A DNA stretch of 64,000 nt from contig JALGVI010000002.1 in assembly GCA_029838215.1 (NCBI GenBank), forward strand, positions 1 through 64,000, read 5' to 3'. Of the stretch, positions 60,985 to 64,000 are shown piece after piece (the stretch's first letter is position 1; every line of letters begins with the position of its first letter). The translations under genes were made by a program, and so were the position numbers. A model generated the notes under the pieces. It worked only from the letters and a program-made list of their open reading frames with translations, had not been told where the DNA came from and ran no database searches. This stretch comes from Candidatus Helarchaeota archaeon (lineage in GTDB: Archaea > Asgardarchaeota > Lokiarchaeia > Helarchaeales > RDOG01).

Positions 60985-62649
60985 TTAGGCGGCTTCTTTA
61001 GATGGCTCTTCATAAATTGAAACGTACTTTGCCATGTCCTTAAGGAAATATACATATCGCTTCTTCAAGCCTTCGATTTTAAGGTCTTCGTGTTTTTTAT
61101 CGGCAAGGTTGATTAATCGTGCTAGTCTATTTTCGTCTAATTGAAATATTCCTCTTAGATTGTTAAGTATGTCAAAAACGGGAAATTCTACCATTCCTCT
61201 TCGGATGTATTCTTGCTTGAGAAAGTCGTATATTGCAGCAATGCGTTTTTCATCTTCTTTTGAAATTTTACGGTGCAGCTTAAAGGTGCTGGCAAATTTT
61301 TTGGTTCCCATTAAGAAGAGCGATATGATAAGACTGAGCAGCACTCCCACCACAATAATTGCAGTTCCCGAGTTCACGATAATTTCGAGGAAGGCGGCAC
61401 TACCCAAGATAAATGTCAATTGATTTCTGAGCAAGAAGTAACGAAGAGCAAATTGTCCCATTATGGCAGCATATATGGCAAGAATGAACCCTTCTTTTTC
61501 AAAAATCAATGCTTCGTAATCGAGGTTGATTCCAACGCGTCTTAAAGAGTAGACCATCGAGAAAATCACGAAGAACAATTCAACAAGCACCAATATTTCA
61601 CCCAAATCGCCCAACGCACCACTAGCTCCCCCCGTTGCATATAATAAGAAGAATAAGACCAAATTCAAGTATAAATAGGGATAAATTGACAAGTTCGTGA
61701 CGGAATAAACAAAGCTATCGTATGCTCTTTTCCTTCGATTCTCCTTTTTGGTTCGAAGAGTAATGAGAAAAGGAATGAAACAAAGCAGGCTTACAATTAT
61801 CATGATTAAGAGCGTGAAAAAATTGAGTGTTTGACCTTCTATAAAGCCAAAAATCGTACCATAACCGACAAGAAAATACAATGCTAGAGAAAATGCAATG
61901 ACTCCGAACATGCACAAAATAGGGGCTAACCGAACCAATCCGTACATTAGTTTGGATTCGTGAGAACTCACGTAGCCCTCAGCGTCAGTCGCAAACTTAC
62001 GCGCAAAACTCAATAATGACCATGTCTGAATGAATAACCATGCAATCTCTGCGATAACGATTATGGAAATTGAGATATAATTCACCATCATTAAGCCGTT
62101 AAGGGTGTACCCGTAAAGTCCATATATCAGGTCAAAGACATGGAGAAATACGGAAAATAGGAGAATGAATAACCCAATTTGTGTTAAGGTTGATTTAAAA
62201 CGTGTTTGTCGAAAAATTAAATGCCTTACAGAATCAATAGAACAAAGCAAAGAAATCGTGAAGAAACTTAGAATCAAGCTCGTTGATATGTAGATGGCTT
62301 CCAAGCCCGCTTGATTTACCAAACGTATCGGAATGAGAATTGAATAAAATAAGTTGATGGGGAATATCAGGGTGGGAATTCTCAAAATGCTCAAAAATAT
62401 TTGAAATAGGTCGAATCCTGATGACCCTGAAATGAAAATTTGTGAAATGTAGAGAAAGATGGCAGTGATGAAGAAAAATGCGATAAATATCCCTGTAAAT
62501 AACCCTAAACGCAGGGGAAAAAGAGTAAGAATTGAATCCTTATCCGTTATGCGCGTTGAAACTTTTTTAATTTTTTGTTCTTCAGCATTCGATTCCAATT
62601 CTTCGTTTACGGTTTCTTCAGACATGATATTTCGACCAACTGATAACAA
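60985..62649 (-). CDS. Hypothetical polytopic membrane protein (~10-11 TM) with C-terminal soluble winged-helix-like tail
   Basis: Long hydrophobic run, then RIAAIYDFLKQEY..VFDILNNLRGIF..LINLAD. Confidence 0.7.
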   Translation of the reverse strand: MLSVGRNIMSEETVNEELESNAEEQKIKKVSTRITDKDSILTLFPLRLGLFTGIFIAFFFITAIFLYISQIFISGSSGFDLFQIFLSILRIPTLIFPINLFYSILIPIRLVNQAGLEAIYISTSLILSFFTISLLCSIDSVRHLIFRQTRFKSTLTQIGLFILLFSVFLHVFDLIYGLYGYTLNGLMMVNYISISIIVIAEIAWLFIQTWSLLSFARKFATDAEGYVSSHESKLMYGLVRLAPILCMFGVIAFSLALYFLVGYGTIFGFIEGQTLNFFTLLIMIIVSLLCFIPFLITLRTKKENRRKRAYDSFVYSVTNLSIYPYLYLNLVLFFLLYATGGASGALGDLGEILVLVELFFVIFSMVYSLRRVGINLDYEALIFEKEGFILAIYAAIMGQFALRYFLLRNQLTFILGSAAFLEIIVNSGTAIIVVGVLLSLIISLFLMGTKKFASTFKLHRKISKEDEKRIAAIYDFLKQEYIRRGMVEFPVFDILNNLRGIFQLDENRLARLINLADKKHEDLKIEGLKKRYVYFLKDMAKYVSIYEEPSKEAA

Positions 62650-62663
62650 CTCTTCGGTATAAA

Positions 62664-63884
62664 TTATAAGGGCGCAATTCCGTCGAGTTTTGGTGAGCGC
62701 TCTGGCTTAGGCCACAGCATTATTTTGGGGCTGGTAATTTTTTCAAGCTGTTCGTCTTCGGGGAATCCATACATTGGCGTGATAAAGTCTTCTATCCTGT
62801 TTTTTGTAATGTCTGCCAGTTCTTTTAGAATTGGGTTTTCTGTTTTTGTTTCTAAATAGCTCCAATTTTTATAAGAGTGAAGCAAATAAATCAAGTTATA
62901 TGCATCAGATGCAAGTGCTTGCAAGCATATTTCCTGTTCTTCCAAATATTCCTTGAAATATTTCACGGACTTGATTTTTCTGAGATAAGTTAAAGCCTCC
63001 AAAAAGTAACTGGTGGCAGTAAGATATTCATGACCTTCAAATTCTTGAATTGCAAGAATTTTTAAATATTCCATTTCAAAGAAAATCAACACATTTTCGT
63101 AATGCTTGATTAGATCCTTATTATCGTCCTCTTTCACGAGTTCCAAGCACCGTTTTATGGCTGAAAGTGCACGTGAAACTAGTTCTTCTTTCTTTGAAGT
63201 TATATTTTCATGATATATCGAATTATAAAGGAGATTAAACGCCATTGATTCTAATAAAAGTGCTCGAAATATTTGCTCGGATTTTACGGTAACGGTTCCC
63301 TTAATGTGTTTTAGATTGAATTTGAAGTCGTATAATGCCATGAACTCTTCTACGGATGCGAGCTCATTCATTAGCTTAAACTCTTCAGTAATTTTTGGAA
63401 TGAAAATTAAGATCATTTCCGTTAATCTTGTTGGTTTGGTTCGTTTAATGTCTAATTTTTGAAATTCTTGCAAGTATTTTTGAAGATTTTTCAAGCAGCT
63501 TTCATAATCAGATCGCAAGCCATCATATTTCTTTGTTAAACGCGATACATCCTTTTTAAACTCTTTGAGCTTGGCGGATTCATCTTTTAGCTCCTGTTTT
63601 AGTGATTCCATTTTTTTCTTTAAAGAAGAATCCTTGCTTTCTTTCATTTTTGATTTAACGGAATTTATATCATCTTCAATTTGTTTAATCTTATTTAACT
63701 GCCTGTTGATACTTTTTTTTCGGTTATTCTCCTCAATTCTTTTAAGGTTGTCAAAATGCTTGACGTGATCTCTGTTGATTTCATCCCAATACCTCAAGAA
63801 CGTTTCACAAGCAGTTCGAATCATCATTCTGGTATCTTCATCATTCATTGTCTTCAGCTCGATAAGAGTTTTTAATCTGGACAA
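62664..63884 (-). CDS. Hypothetical protein: N-terminal coiled coil plus C-terminal TPR-like helices
   Basis: K/E heptads over aa ~35-145; helical repeats (ALSAIKRCLEL, ATSYFLEALTYL). Confidence 0.7.
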   Translation of the reverse strand: MSRLKTLIELKTMNDEDTRMMIRTACETFLRYWDEINRDHVKHFDNLKRIEENNRKKSINRQLNKIKQIEDDINSVKSKMKESKDSSLKKKMESLKQELKDESAKLKEFKKDVSRLTKKYDGLRSDYESCLKNLQKYLQEFQKLDIKRTKPTRLTEMILIFIPKITEEFKLMNELASVEEFMALYDFKFNLKHIKGTVTVKSEQIFRALLLESMAFNLLYNSIYHENITSKKEELVSRALSAIKRCLELVKEDDNKDLIKHYENVLIFFEMEYLKILAIQEFEGHEYLTATSYFLEALTYLRKIKSVKYFKEYLEEQEICLQALASDAYNLIYLLHSYKNWSYLETKTENPILKELADITKNRIEDFITPMYGFPEDEQLEKITSPKIMLWPKPERSPKLDGIAPL

Positions 63885-64000
63885 TTAATAAGCAATTTCT
63901 ATTCGTTCCGAAATTTATTTCTTTCTAAGATTTAGTGATAACAAATCCAAATTTTTGAGAGCATTATGAAAAATATTTAATTTAGACTTAATGTTACTTG

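Overview
A gene-dense, AT-rich archaeal chromosomal window. The gene content points to an Asgard archaeon, probably Loki-/Helarchaeia-like (inference from a small Arf/Rab-like GTPase, GPN-loop GTPase, a mu-homology-domain-like protein, geranylgeranyl reductase, FwdBD and many acyl-CoA enzymes). Housekeeping and metabolic genes: porG/porD, GDPD, guaB, an M24 peptidase, uppS, fwdDB, Bcd-EtfAB, RACo, AOR, a homocitrate-synthase-like enzyme, GGR and a PUA-PAPS-reductase-like protein. Accessory genes: two toxin-antitoxin pairs (RHH-VapC, AbiEi-AbiEii) and three cytoplasmic glycosidases (GH78, 2x GH2). I saw no rRNA, tRNA, CRISPR array or transposase. Main observations: (1) an Smc with a canonical archaeal condensin-type head but no hinge domain; a single CKTC motif (aa 622-625) sits at the predicted coiled-coil apex like a Rad50 zinc hook, and scpA/scpB lie 12.5 kb away, suggesting a hook-dimerised Smc-ScpAB. 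(2) A 2267-aa membrane-anchored surface protein with Ca-binding repeats, a fascin-like trefoil, an internal toxin-like hydrophobic region, a beta-propeller, a GPS-like HLS motif just before the TM helix and a duplicated cytoplasmic domain. (3) A stand-alone protein whose N-terminal ~220 aa resemble the adaptin-mu/delta-COP mu-homology domain. (4) An AbrB-like DNA-binding domain fused to a degenerate acyl-CoA ligase. (5) A SECIS/K-turn-like hairpin downstream of a Cys-form fwdB. All family assignments come from motif recognition by eye; no database searches were run.
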